From Escherichia coli (GTDB lineage Bacteria > Pseudomonadota > Gammaproteobacteria > Enterobacterales > Enterobacteriaceae), in assembly GCF_003790525.1 (NCBI RefSeq), contig NZ_CP033635.1: 64,000 bases of DNA; one strand, given 5' to 3'. Every line of letters begins with the position of its first letter. Position 1 is the first letter of the stretch. The notes under the pieces are model-generated. The model worked only from the letters and a program-made list of their open reading frames with translations, did not search any database and had not been told where the DNA came from. The translations under genes and the position numbers were made by a program. Positions 12,948 through 23,062 of this stretch are shown piece after piece.

Positions 12948-13759
12948 CCGAATCAGTAGCCCGTTTGCGCGGCGAACAGTTAACCCTCGGATATGGCAAA
13001 TATACCGTTGCGGAGAATCTGACTGTAGAAATACCTGATGGTCACTTCACGGCAATTATCGGGCCAAATGGCTGCGGTAAATCCACTTTACTGCGTACTT
13101 TAAGCCGCCTGATGACGCCTGCTCACGGGCATGTCTGGCTGGATGGCGAGCACATTCAACATTACGCCAGTAAAGAAGTTGCCCGGCGGATTGGTCTGTT
13201 GGCGCAAAATGCTACCACGCCGGGCGATATCACCGTGCAGGAGCTGGTGGCGCGTGGGCGTTATCCGCATCAACCGCTGTTTACCCGCTGGCGGAAAGAA
13301 GATGAAGAGGCAGTCACAAAAGCGATGCAGGCCACGGGAATCACTCATCTGGCAGATCAAAGCGTGGATACCCTTTCTGGCGGACAACGCCAGCGAGCGT
13401 GGATAGCAATGGTGCTGGCCCAGGAAACGGCAATTATGCTGCTCGACGAACCCACGACCTGGCTGGATATCAGTCATCAGATTGATCTCCTGGAACTGTT
13501 AAGCGAACTGAACCGCGAGAAAGGCTATACCCTGGCGGCGGTGCTGCACGATCTTAATCAGGCCTGTCGTTACGCCAGCCATTTGATTGCATTGCGGGAA
13601 GGGAAAATTGTTGCTCAGGGAGCGCCGAAGGAGATTGTCACTGCTGAACTGATTGAGCGCATTTATGGTCTGCGCTGCATGATTATTGACGATCCGGTTG
13701 CCGGAACGCCGCTCGTGGTGCCGCTCGGACGAACGGCACCTTCAACTGCCAAGATTTAA
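12944..13759 (+). CDS. fepC: Ferric-enterobactin ABC transporter ATP-binding protein
   Basis: 271-aa protein starting MTESVARL with Walker A GPNGCGKST. The listed ORF carries a 47-codon upstream extension overlapping fepG, judged an artefact; the ATG overlaps the fepG stop (ATGA). Confidence 0.93.
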   Translation: MTESVARLRGEQLTLGYGKYTVAENLTVEIPDGHFTAIIGPNGCGKSTLLRTLSRLMTPAHGHVWLDGEHIQHYASKEVARRIGLLAQNATTPGDITVQELVARGRYPHQPLFTRWRKEDEEAVTKAMQATGITHLADQSVDTLSGGQRQRAWIAMVLAQETAIMLLDEPTTWLDISHQIDLLELLSELNREKGYTLAAVLHDLNQACRYASHLIALREGKIVAQGAPKEIVTAELIERIYGLRCMIIDDPVAGTPLVVPLGRTAPSTAKI

Positions 13760-14889
13760 ACTAAGTGCTCTTCCATCACGGCATCCTGTTTTCTGGATGC
13801 CATCGCATGGCGCAACAGCACGCCACCACAAGCCACCATCCCGCCGATCATCGCAGAAAGGATCACAATAATCGCCTTACCCGGACCGTCTTTTTTCACT
13901 GGCAATGACGGGCTTAACTGATATTTAAACGGCGTAAAATTCACATCGTTGATATTTGCTTTTGTTAGCTGCTCAACAAGATACTGACGATTACGTAATT
14001 CACCGTTCAATTCCGCAACGTCAGTAACCGCTTTTTCAATTTCCAGTTTGCGTTCAATACCGTCTGCGCCGAGAGAAATAGAGAAATCGGGGTCATCTTT
14101 AACGGCCTGACCATTACTGTAAACGGGCTTTTTAATTCCTGCCGCGTTGGCAATGTCGAGTGAATAATTGAGGCGCTGAATGTTTGCATCAAGTTGATTT
14201 TTCGTTTTAATGCGATCCTGAGCCAGTTTTTCTTTTTCAAACTGGGTTTTGATCTCCAGTTTATTACGGACGTTTTCTATCGACTCTTTCACCACCAACG
14301 CAGATATATAATCGATATACCCGCTCAAAACGGTCTGCGCCTCTTCACTGGTTGGCGCGGTAAAACTTTGCGTCCAGGAGGTATACAGTGACGGTTCATC
14401 TTTTTTCTTACTGGCATTGTCATCAACCGCTTTCATTTTTTCGCTCAATGCGACGATAGCTCGATGCAAATCCAGTTCGTCGATTTTCGCCTCTTTTAAT
14501 TGGTCCATCACATAAGGTGATGAACGCAGGTACTCTTCCAGCAAGCTAACCGACTGAAACTTCTTGATAAACAGGTTAAATGCTTCTGTACGATCAATTT
14601 TGATATCCAGATCCAGCACACGAAGCTTAGTGAATGTTTTCTCCAGTTCTTGCCACTGAACAGGTTCTGGAGGCGTGACAACCGCCGCGCTGGTCCATTT
14701 TTGCGGCAGGATGAAAGAGATCAGCAATCCTGCGCAGGCAAACGCAAAAATGACCGCCATGACCGTTTTTTTTGCCCGCCATAAAACTTCGATTAGATTA
14801 AGTAAATCAATTTCATTATTACTGGGCGACGCCAGAGGATACTCGGGAAAATGAGCGTCACTTCCCTGTTTAATATTCAGTGATGACAT
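13756..14889 (-). CDS. fepE: Polysaccharide co-polymerase (Wzz family) FepE
   Basis: 377-aa protein starting MSSLNIKQ, 17 codons inside the listed ORF; stop codon overlaps the fepC stop on the opposite strand. Confidence 0.9.
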   Translation of the reverse strand: MSSLNIKQGSDAHFPEYPLASPSNNEIDLLNLIEVLWRAKKTVMAVIFAFACAGLLISFILPQKWTSAAVVTPPEPVQWQELEKTFTKLRVLDLDIKIDRTEAFNLFIKKFQSVSLLEEYLRSSPYVMDQLKEAKIDELDLHRAIVALSEKMKAVDDNASKKKDEPSLYTSWTQSFTAPTSEEAQTVLSGYIDYISALVVKESIENVRNKLEIKTQFEKEKLAQDRIKTKNQLDANIQRLNYSLDIANAAGIKKPVYSNGQAVKDDPDFSISLGADGIERKLEIEKAVTDVAELNGELRNRQYLVEQLTKANINDVNFTPFKYQLSPSLPVKKDGPGKAIIVILSAMIGGMVACGGVLLRHAMASRKQDAVMEEHLV

Positions 14890-15103
14890 GGGGTATAACC
14901 TGAAATGGGTCCAATAAGAGTAAATCTCCACGGCGCTCACTTTACCAGTTGGTGAGAATTATCCGAAGCTGAAGTTTGTAAATTCCTTCCACTGAATGCA
15001 ACATTCACTCTATTTAAGAGAAATATCCACCAAACTTATAAATTAAATAAATGATAAACCCATAATTATTTCCTGTAATTATGGGTTTATAGATAATATT
15101 AAT

Positions 15104-18100
15104 TTACCTGTTTAGCGTAGCGCGAATAATCGGCCCAATTTTTTCAAACGCCCCTGGAGAGATAATATCCACATGCGCACAATCCTGACGATAGATATCC
15201 AGCTCCGTAATCCACGGCGACCAGGCGCGTTCGGGATTCATACCTTCCTGAAGCGTGCGTTCAGCAACAAACAGCGTCGCTTTACCTTCAAACGGTACGC
15301 TATGAGCAGTCGTCAGCAGGCGCACAGCATCAGCGTAGTTGCCTTCAATGGTGGTAAACAACTCCGTTGAAGTACTTCCCTGCTGTGCCGCCAGGAAGGC
15401 CTCGCGCTCGCGGTTAATCTCCGCCAGCACTTCCGGGTCCAGGCCATTAGCCTCTTTTTCCTGCCAGTTTTGCGTTTCTGGCGGCCAGGTATCCAGCAAG
15501 CCAAGAAATGCCACCTGTTCGCCACGGGCACGCAGCCGCGCCGCAATACCCTGCGCCAGCGTACCGCCCAGCGAATAACCCAGCAGGTAATAAGGGCCGT
15601 GCGGTTGATGCTCAAGTAACGTTGCCAGATGCGCTTCGCAGACTTCATCCAGATTTGCCGCGGTCTGCATGGGGCCATTGGGGCGCGGCGACTGAATGCC
15701 GATAATCGACCATTGTGGATCGAGATAACGCGAGAGCACGCTGAACTGCCAGGCAAAACCGGAGGCCGGATGGAAACAAAACAGCGTCGGGCCATTACCT
15801 TCACGCAACGGCAGAATGGTTTCGAATCCCATGCGCCGGGAGCTGTCTTCTTCACCATCAATAATCGTTGCCAGTTTGGCGACAGTTGACGCGACCATCA
15901 CTTGCCCCGGCGTCACCTGTCGGGCAAACTGCCGACTTAACTGCGCAGCCAGTTTCATTGCCAGTAGCGAATGACCGCCAAGCGCAAAGAAATCAGCATC
16001 GGCATCCTGCACGTCACAACCCAGCAACGACGAGAATGCCGCGGCGATAATCGTTTCACTGCCCGCTTTCGGCGCACGCCCAGGCGCTTGTGCCTTCAGT
16101 TCAGGCAACGGTAAGGCTTTGCGATCCAGCTTGCCGTTGGCGCTAAGTGGTAACTGTGGAAGTTGCAGCAGAACCACCGGTACCATATGTGGTGGCAATG
16201 TTTCACGAAGCTGCGCCTGTAATGCGCTGGTATCCAACGGCAGACCTGATTGCGACACCAGATAGCCCACCAACTGACGCGCATCACCACCAGTGGCTGC
16301 CGCCTGGTTAATCACACAGGCGTGGGTAACGGCTTGTTCGACATCCGGCAGCGCCTGCATCACGCGATCAATTTCGCCCAGTTCGATACGCTGCCCGCGA
16401 ATTTTTAGCTGATCGTCACTGCGCCCGAGGTACTCCACTGCGCCGTTATCCAGCCAGCGGGCCACATCGCCGGTACGGTACATCCGTTCACCTGGGGCAA
16501 AAGGATCGGCAATAAAGCGGCTGGCGGTCAGATCGGGTCGTCCAAGATACCCCTGCGCCAGTTGAATACCGGTGAGATAGAGATCTCCCGCCACACCCGG
16601 CGGCACCGGATGCATCATCGCATCGAGAATGCGCAGGCCCGTATTCCACACCGGATAACCAATCGGCACACTGCTGCCGCGCACCTCTGCCAGTTCCTCG
16701 CCAAAAGCCGGATACCAACTGACATCTACCGCCGCTTCCGTCGGGCCATATAGATTATGCAACGGCGCGCCGGTTAACTGTTGCCATTCGCGGCATAAAT
16801 CAGCCGGTAAGGCTTCACCACTACAGAAAACCTGTTTCAACGTCGCGCAACTCTGGCGAGCGGTTTGCGGCGTCAGCGATGCAACAAATGCCGCCAGCAT
16901 CGACGGCACAAAGTGCGTGGTCGTTACGCCATAATCAGCAAAAAAATGCTGCATAGCGAGCGGGTCGCGGTGCGCTTCCGGTTCAGCCATCACAAGTTTC
17001 GCCCCGGCAATAAACGGCCAGAAAAACTCCCACACCGAGACATCAAAACTGCATGGCGTTTTTTGGGCAACGACATCTTCGCCTGTAAGCGGGTAATGGT
17101 TTTGCATCCAAAGCAGGCGATTAACGATAGCCGTCTGCCCGACCATTACCCCTTTTGGTCTGCCGGTGGAACCGGAGGTGAAGATGATATAAGCCGTGTG
17201 GTGCGGTTGTGAAAGCTGCAGCGGCGCACTGCCCTGTGGTGTAAGCGGGGCGTTATAGCAAAGGCGGGTTAAATCTGGAACATCGGCAAAGCGCGGCAGT
17301 TGATCGTCGGTGGTGATTAACAGCGACGGACGCGCATCTTCCAGCATCATTTTCAGGCGATCGTCCGGATAGCCGGTATCCAACGGTAGCCAGGCCGCAC
17401 CAGCTTCAACAATCGCATGTAGCGCCAGGGTCAAAAAGACCGAGCGCGGTAATGCCACCGCCACGCTGTCGCCTGGTTTAACGCCGCGCTCACGCAGCAG
17501 ATTCGCCAGCGCCACCACCTGTTCGCGCATTTCCCGATAGCTGAACTGGTAACGCGCATCAACCAGCGCCGGAGCATCCGGTGTTTTTGCCGCTTGTTCT
17601 GCCACCAGCGCGCTCAGCGTGGTTTCTGGAATCTCAACCTGAGTGGCGTTGATCTGCGCCAGCTGCGCATACTCGCCTGGCAGCATAATATCGACATCGC
17701 CGCACAACAGCGACGGATCCGCGGCGAACTGCGCAATCAGCATTTTCAGGCGTTCAGCATGCTGGATTAACGTTGGCTCAGCGTAACGCTGTTTATTGGC
17801 GATGATCTCAATACTCAAATCACCGTGTTCATCCGGGAACAGGGCCAGCTCAAGGTCATTAACCGGACCGGTTGCCAGGGTATGGGTTTGCGCCTGAACA
17901 CCAGGAATATCCAGTTGGTAATCAAATACCTTGATATTGAGTACCGGACCGAACAGCGGTTCCTCTCCTGCCGCTCGCCCACTGTCACGGACAATTTGTT
18001 CGGCGTCGTAGCGTTGATGGCGGCGCATTTTTTTCAGTTGAGCCGCCAGTCGGGTTGCCAGTTGCGGCAGCGTTTCTTGCGCCGCAATGTGAATACCCAA

Positions 18101-18985
18101 CGGCAAAACGTTGAGCACGGGTCCGGTAGCCGTCAGCGCCGCCGAGCCCAGTCGACGCATAAAGATAAATCCGGCAGCGTAGTCCATGCGGTTGCACAAT
18201 CGCCCCAGCCACAAAGCTGCCAACGCAAGGGCTAAATCGGTACGCTGCACACCTGAAAGTTGCGTAGCCAGCTGGCGGAATTCCCCGTCGGTAAATTCCA
18301 GTTTCAGGCGCAAAATATCTGCCGAAGCGCTGCGCCACGGTAAAGGTGCCGGAGAAAGTGACGCGGGCGGTGGCAGTTGACGACGCTGTTCCGCCCAGAA
18401 TGCCGCATCACGCTGCCAGGCTTCACTTTCGCGGTACTGCTGATACTCTTCCACTACATCAGCGAAAGGCGTAAACGGCGAAGCAGGCGTTGGTTCGCCA
18501 CGCAGCCATGCGCAGTAAATATTGGCGATCTGGCGTGTAATGGCCGGGAAACTGAAGCCATCGACCAGCAAATGGTGATAACGCTGATACCAGTACCAGC
18601 GGTTATCCGCCACCTGTATCAGCTGATGAAAGACCAGTGGTTTACCACTATCGACGCGCAGATCTTGTTGCAAATCCGCCTGCATTAATGCCCGCGCAGT
18701 ACCGTGCGGATCAATGTTGGTTCGCAGGTCGATAATTTCTGGCAGTTCGAACGTCTGCGCATCATCGACCCACTGCCAGACTTCGCCGTTATCTTCCGTA
18801 AAACGCATCCGCAACGTATCTGCTTGCGCTAGTCCGGCAACCACCGCGCGGGCCAGTAGTGGCGCATCAACCTCTCCGGTTAACTCAACGTAATGCGCCA
18901 CGCTCCAGGCGGAGGGTAAATCCGACAGTTTTTCTGCCATCCAGATGCCGGGCTGTGCGGCGACCAAAGGTAAATGCTGGCTCAT
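15104..18985 (-). CDS. entF: Enterobactin synthase component F (NRPS: C-A-PCP-TE, serine-activating)
   Basis: 1293-aa protein starting MSQHLPLVAAQPGIWMAEKL; condensation, adenylation, PCP (GGHSLLA) and thioesterase (GYSLGG) motifs visible. The listed ORF has a 46-codon upstream extension overlapping ybdZ. Confidence 0.95.
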   Translation of the reverse strand: MSQHLPLVAAQPGIWMAEKLSDLPSAWSVAHYVELTGEVDAPLLARAVVAGLAQADTLRMRFTEDNGEVWQWVDDAQTFELPEIIDLRTNIDPHGTARALMQADLQQDLRVDSGKPLVFHQLIQVADNRWYWYQRYHHLLVDGFSFPAITRQIANIYCAWLRGEPTPASPFTPFADVVEEYQQYRESEAWQRDAAFWAEQRRQLPPPASLSPAPLPWRSASADILRLKLEFTDGEFRQLATQLSGVQRTDLALALAALWLGRLCNRMDYAAGFIFMRRLGSAALTATGPVLNVLPLGIHIAAQETLPQLATRLAAQLKKMRRHQRYDAEQIVRDSGRAAGEEPLFGPVLNIKVFDYQLDIPGVQAQTHTLATGPVNDLELALFPDEHGDLSIEIIANKQRYAEPTLIQHAERLKMLIAQFAADPSLLCGDVDIMLPGEYAQLAQINATQVEIPETTLSALVAEQAAKTPDAPALVDARYQFSYREMREQVVALANLLRERGVKPGDSVAVALPRSVFLTLALHAIVEAGAAWLPLDTGYPDDRLKMMLEDARPSLLITTDDQLPRFADVPDLTRLCYNAPLTPQGSAPLQLSQPHHTAYIIFTSGSTGRPKGVMVGQTAIVNRLLWMQNHYPLTGEDVVAQKTPCSFDVSVWEFFWPFIAGAKLVMAEPEAHRDPLAMQHFFADYGVTTTHFVPSMLAAFVASLTPQTARQSCATLKQVFCSGEALPADLCREWQQLTGAPLHNLYGPTEAAVDVSWYPAFGEELAEVRGSSVPIGYPVWNTGLRILDAMMHPVPPGVAGDLYLTGIQLAQGYLGRPDLTASRFIADPFAPGERMYRTGDVARWLDNGAVEYLGRSDDQLKIRGQRIELGEIDRVMQALPDVEQAVTHACVINQAAATGGDARQLVGYLVSQSGLPLDTSALQAQLRETLPPHMVPVVLLQLPQLPLSANGKLDRKALPLPELKAQAPGRAPKAGSETIIAAAFSSLLGCDVQDADADFFALGGHSLLAMKLAAQLSRQFARQVTPGQVMVASTVAKLATIIDGEEDSSRRMGFETILPLREGNGPTLFCFHPASGFAWQFSVLSRYLDPQWSIIGIQSPRPNGPMQTAANLDEVCEAHLATLLEHQPHGPYYLLGYSLGGTLAQGIAARLRARGEQVAFLGLLDTWPPETQNWQEKEANGLDPEVLAEINREREAFLAAQQGSTSTELFTTIEGNYADAVRLLTTAHSVPFEGKATLFVAERTLQEGMNPERAWSPWITELDIYRQDCAHVDIISPGAFEKIGPIIRATLNR

Positions 18986-19200
18986 TGTGCCTCCTGCAAC
19001 TGGGTGAAATTCGCCGGTGTCAGAGTACGCCAGTGGGCTTCCAGCCACTGCTGGCAGGACGCCTGTGACTGCGGCTGACACACAACGTCCCAGCCTGCCG
19101 GTAAGGCGCATTGTTGCGGCCACAGACTGAATTGCCCCTGCGCATTGCGCAAAATGTAAAACGCTCCCTGTGGATCATCGAAGGGATTACTGAATGCCAT
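18982..19200 (-). CDS. ybdZ: MbtH-like protein, activator of the EntF adenylation domain
   Basis: 72-aa protein starting MAFSNPFDDP with conserved MbtH tryptophans; its stop overlaps the entF start. Confidence 0.9.
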   Translation of the reverse strand: MAFSNPFDDPQGAFYILRNAQGQFSLWPQQCALPAGWDVVCQPQSQASCQQWLEAHWRTLTPANFTQLQEAQ

Positions 19201-19202
19201 AT

Positions 19203-20405
19203 TCAACTCCTGTCATGGAAAAGTGGTTGCCAGAGGTCGATTAGCCCCTGCATCAAGCCACCGCGCCAACAAAGCGCATCATGTCCGCCGTCAACCTGAC
19301 GCCAGAAAATGGATTCTTTTAGGGGGTGTAATTGCGCATACAGCGCCTGATTGGCCTGCATGATCATCGGCTCGCGAACACCCGCTTCCAGCACAATGCG
19401 CAGACCTTCGGCGCTAACTTCACCAGTATTTAGCTGTTCAAGTAACATGCCCTCTTGGTGCCCGCCCCGATGCGGCCACCAGTACGAGCCTGACTGGCTT
19501 AATACACAGCCAAAGCGTTCAGGCCAGTGCAGTCCGGCATACAGCGCGGAAAGCCCACCAAAACTCTGTCCGGCGACCACGGTGCGATCGGCGCGATCGC
19601 TAAAAGGGGCAATAGCTTTCACCTGGGGTAATAACTCTTGCTGTACTGCCAGCCAGAAATCCGCATTACACGGCAGTTCGTGGGCGCGGTGCGTGGTGTC
19701 GATAGCGTCGATCAACACATACACGGCGGGCGGAAGTTGCCGACGATGGGTCAGCGAAGTCAGCGCAGGCCAGACGGGCATACTCTGCGCCCAAAATTCG
19801 CCATCAAGCAAAACTGCCAGCGGGCGTTCTTCTGCTGTTGCATCGCCGGTGGTAAAAATCCATACACGGCGTGAATTTTTCAACCGTTCACTTTTCCAGA
19901 TAATTTCTTTGGCAGGCGTTTCTGGCGCTTGCGGACAATCCCATCCCGGTTGCAGAGGCGCTTGCGGCATTTCGAGTGCAGAAACAGCGTGCCCTCGCCC
20001 GCCTTTCCAGCTTTGTGGATTCAGCGGATCGGCTATCGCCTGGGGTAATAGTTTTCGCCAGCCTTCGCGTAATTCGAGGCGATCGGGGGATGGTGCAGAA
20101 AAAATGTCATCGCGTTCGGTAGGAATAAAGCAGTAGCTGCCGCGCCAGTTGGCATTGAGTTGTGTCGTCCACTGCCAAACATCGGTTCCTGCAATTCGCT
20201 GCATCGACCGGGGCTGGCTGTTCTGATGGTGATCGGTCATGCCAGTGATATAGACCCATACGCGCTTTATCGTCGAGTGGCCTTCAGAACCTTGTGGATC
20301 ACGCCACCAGAAAGTGACCTCAAACATTTCGTCATTCAGACGTTGCCATTCCGGGCCATGTTTCGACTGCCACCAGCTCTCACTTCCTACTTTTAACGCC
20401 GTCAC
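19203..20405 (-). CDS. fes: Enterochelin (ferric-enterobactin) esterase
   Basis: 400-aa ORF with an esterase GQSFGG motif; matches remembered Fes. Confidence 0.93.
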   Translation of the reverse strand: MTALKVGSESWWQSKHGPEWQRLNDEMFEVTFWWRDPQGSEGHSTIKRVWVYITGMTDHHQNSQPRSMQRIAGTDVWQWTTQLNANWRGSYCFIPTERDDIFSAPSPDRLELREGWRKLLPQAIADPLNPQSWKGGRGHAVSALEMPQAPLQPGWDCPQAPETPAKEIIWKSERLKNSRRVWIFTTGDATAEERPLAVLLDGEFWAQSMPVWPALTSLTHRRQLPPAVYVLIDAIDTTHRAHELPCNADFWLAVQQELLPQVKAIAPFSDRADRTVVAGQSFGGLSALYAGLHWPERFGCVLSQSGSYWWPHRGGHQEGMLLEQLNTGEVSAEGLRIVLEAGVREPMIMQANQALYAQLHPLKESIFWRQVDGGHDALCWRGGLMQGLIDLWQPLFHDRS

Positions 20406-20450
20406 ACCATAACCCCATGTTTACTGTGCAATTTTTTATTGATTGCAGAA

Positions 20451-20490
20451 ATATATTGATAATATTATTGATAACTATTTGCATTTGCAA
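20451..20490. promoter_or_regulatory. Fur-binding region of the divergent fes / fepA promoters
   Basis: ATATATTGATAATATTATTGATAACTATTTGCATTTGCAA contains overlapping GATAAT-type Fur hexamers between divergent iron-regulated genes. Confidence 0.65.
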
Positions 20491-20647
20491 TAGCGTAATG
20501 GCGCGCCGTGGGAAGCGCGGACATTAATTAATCAGCTGCACTGCGTGTCTTTCAGGATCAAAGGTTTTCGCGGTAGCGGGATGCGTCGTGTTGATGACGA
20601 CCATGCCCGACAGTTGCAATTCGTGGCAAAAATGCAGGAATAAAACA

Positions 20648-22888
20648 ATGAACAAGAAGATTCATTCCCTGGCCTTGTTGGTCAATCTGGGGATTTATGG
20701 GGTAGCACAGGCACAAGAGCCGACCGATACTCCTGTTTCACATGACGATACTATTGTTGTTACCGCCGCCGAGCAGAACTTGCAGGCGCCCGGCGTTTCG
20801 ACCATCACCGCAGATGAAATCCGCAAAAACCCGGTTGCCCGCGATGTATCGGAGATTATCCGTACCATGCCTGGCGTTAACCTGACCGGTAATTCCACCA
20901 GTGGTCAGCGTGGTAATAACCGCCAGATTGATATTCGCGGCATGGGTCCGGAAAACACGCTGATTTTGATTGACGGCAAGCCAGTAAGCAGCCGTAACTC
21001 AGTGCGTCAGGGCTGGCGTGGCGAGCGCGATACCCGTGGTGATACCTCCTGGGTGCCGCCTGAAATGATTGAACGTATTGAAGTTCTGCGTGGTCCGGCA
21101 GCTGCGCGTTATGGCAACGGCGCGGCGGGCGGCGTGGTTAACATCATTACCAAAAAAGGCAGCGGTGAGTGGCACGGCTCCTGGGATGCTTATTTCAATG
21201 CGCCAGAACATAAAGAGGAAGGTGCCACCAAACGCACCAACTTCAGCCTGACCGGTCCGCTGGGCGACGAATTCAGCTTCCGCTTGTATGGCAACCTCGA
21301 CAAAACCCAGGCTGACGCGTGGGATATCAACCAGGGCCATCAGTCCGCGCGTGCCGGAACGTATGCCACGACGTTACCAGCCGGGCGCGAAGGGGTGATC
21401 AACAAAGATATTAATGGCGTGGTGCGCTGGGACTTCGCGCCTCTGCAGTCACTCGAACTGGAAGCGGGCTACAGCCGCCAGGGTAACCTGTATGCGGGTG
21501 ATACGCAGAACACCAACTCTGACGCTTACACTCGCTCGAAATATGGCGATGAAACCAACCGCCTGTATCGCCAGAACTACTCGCTGACCTGGAACGGTGG
21601 CTGGGATAACGGCGTGACCACCAGCAACTGGGTGCAGTACGAACACACCCGTAACTCGCGTATTCCGGAAGGTCTGGCGGGCGGTACTGAAGGGAAATTT
21701 AACGAAAAAGCGGCACAGGATTTTGTAGATATCGATCTTGATGACGTGATGCTGCACAGCGAAGTTAACCTGCCGATTGATTTCCTCGTAAACCAAACGC
21801 TGACGCTGGGTACAGAGTGGAATCAGCAGCGGATGAAGGATTTAAGTTCCAACACCCAGGCGCTCACCGGGACGAATACCGGCGGCGCTATTGATGGTGT
21901 GAGTGCCACCGACCGTAGCCCGTATTCAAAAGCAGAAATTTTCTCGCTATTTGCCGAAAACAATATGGAGCTGACTGACAGCACCATCGTAACGCCGGGG
22001 CTGCGTTTCGATCATCACAGCATTGTTGGCAATAACTGGAGTCCGGCTCTAAACATATCGCAAGGTTTAGGTGATGACTTCACGCTGAAAATGGGCATTG
22101 CCCGCGCCTATAAAGCGCCGAGCCTGTACCAGACTAACCCGAACTACATTCTCTACAGTAAAGGTCAGGGCTGTTACGCCAGCGCGGGCGGCTGCTATCT
22201 GCAGGGGAACGATGACCTGAAAGCGGAAACCAGTATCAACAAAGAGATTGGTCTGGAGTTCAAACGCGACGGCTGGCTGGCGGGCGTGACCTGGTTCCGT
22301 AACGATTATCGCAATAAGATTGAAGCGGGCTATGTGGCTGTAGGGCAAAATGCGGCTGGCACCGATCTCTATCAGTGGGATAACGTGCCGAAAGCGGTGG
22401 TTGAAGGTCTGGAAGGATCGTTAAACGTACCGGTTAGCGAAACGGTGATGTGGACCAATAACATCACTTATATGCTGAAGAGTGAAAACAAAACCACGGG
22501 CGACCGTTTGTCGATCATCCCGGAGTATACGTTGAACTCAACGCTGAGCTGGCAGGCACGGGAAGATTTGTCGATGCAAACAACCTTCACCTGGTACGGC
22601 AAGCAGCAGCCGAAGAAGTACAACTATAAAGGTCAGCCAGCGGTTGGACCGGAAACCAAAGAAATCAGCCCGTACAGCATTGTTGGCCTGAGCGCGACCT
22701 GGGATGTGACGAAGAATGTCAGTCTGACCGGCGGCGTGGACAACCTGTTCGACAAACGTTTGTGGCGTGCGGGTAATGCCCAGACCACGGGCGATCTGGC
22801 AGGGGCCAACTATATCGCCGGTGCCGGTGCGTATACCTATAACGAGCCGGGACGTACGTGGTATATGAGCGTAAACACTCACTTCTGA
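20648..22888 (+). CDS. fepA: TonB-dependent outer-membrane ferric-enterobactin receptor
   Basis: 746-aa protein starting MNKKIHSLALLVNLGIYGVAQA (signal peptide) with a TonB box and a C-terminal aromatic residue. The listed ORF has a 20-codon upstream extension. Confidence 0.95.
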   Translation: MNKKIHSLALLVNLGIYGVAQAQEPTDTPVSHDDTIVVTAAEQNLQAPGVSTITADEIRKNPVARDVSEIIRTMPGVNLTGNSTSGQRGNNRQIDIRGMGPENTLILIDGKPVSSRNSVRQGWRGERDTRGDTSWVPPEMIERIEVLRGPAAARYGNGAAGGVVNIITKKGSGEWHGSWDAYFNAPEHKEEGATKRTNFSLTGPLGDEFSFRLYGNLDKTQADAWDINQGHQSARAGTYATTLPAGREGVINKDINGVVRWDFAPLQSLELEAGYSRQGNLYAGDTQNTNSDAYTRSKYGDETNRLYRQNYSLTWNGGWDNGVTTSNWVQYEHTRNSRIPEGLAGGTEGKFNEKAAQDFVDIDLDDVMLHSEVNLPIDFLVNQTLTLGTEWNQQRMKDLSSNTQALTGTNTGGAIDGVSATDRSPYSKAEIFSLFAENNMELTDSTIVTPGLRFDHHSIVGNNWSPALNISQGLGDDFTLKMGIARAYKAPSLYQTNPNYILYSKGQGCYASAGGCYLQGNDDLKAETSINKEIGLEFKRDGWLAGVTWFRNDYRNKIEAGYVAVGQNAAGTDLYQWDNVPKAVVEGLEGSLNVPVSETVMWTNNITYMLKSENKTTGDRLSIIPEYTLNSTLSWQAREDLSMQTTFTWYGKQQPKKYNYKGQPAVGPETKEISPYSIVGLSATWDVTKNVSLTGGVDNLFDKRLWRAGNAQTTGDLAGANYIAGAGAYTYNEPGRTWYMSVNTHF

Positions 22889-22927
22889 TGCTAACGTCAG
22901 ATTGTTGACAAAGTGCGCGTCGTTCAT

Positions 22928-23025
22928 GCCGGATGCGGCGTGAACGCCTTATCCGGCCTACAAAAATCTTGCCAATTCAATATATTGCAGGATAGTGTAG
23001 GCCTGATAAGCGTAGCGCATCAGGC
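22928..23025. repeat. BIME: two inverted REP palindromes between fepA and entD
   Basis: GCCGGATGCGGCGTGAACGCCTTATCCGGCCTAC (22928-22961) and the inverted GTAGGCCTGATAAGCGTAGCGCATCAGGC (22997-23025) are canonical E. coli REP sequences. Confidence 0.75.
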
Positions 23026-23062
23026 AGTTTTGCGTTTGTCATCAGTCTCTAATATGGTCGAC

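Noticed and set aside
22928-23025. Possible CRISPR array suggested by repeated palindromic units (also at 60186-60370)
   Set aside because: The repeats are REP/BIME palindromes in alternating orientation, with no constant-length unique spacers and no cas genes nearby.
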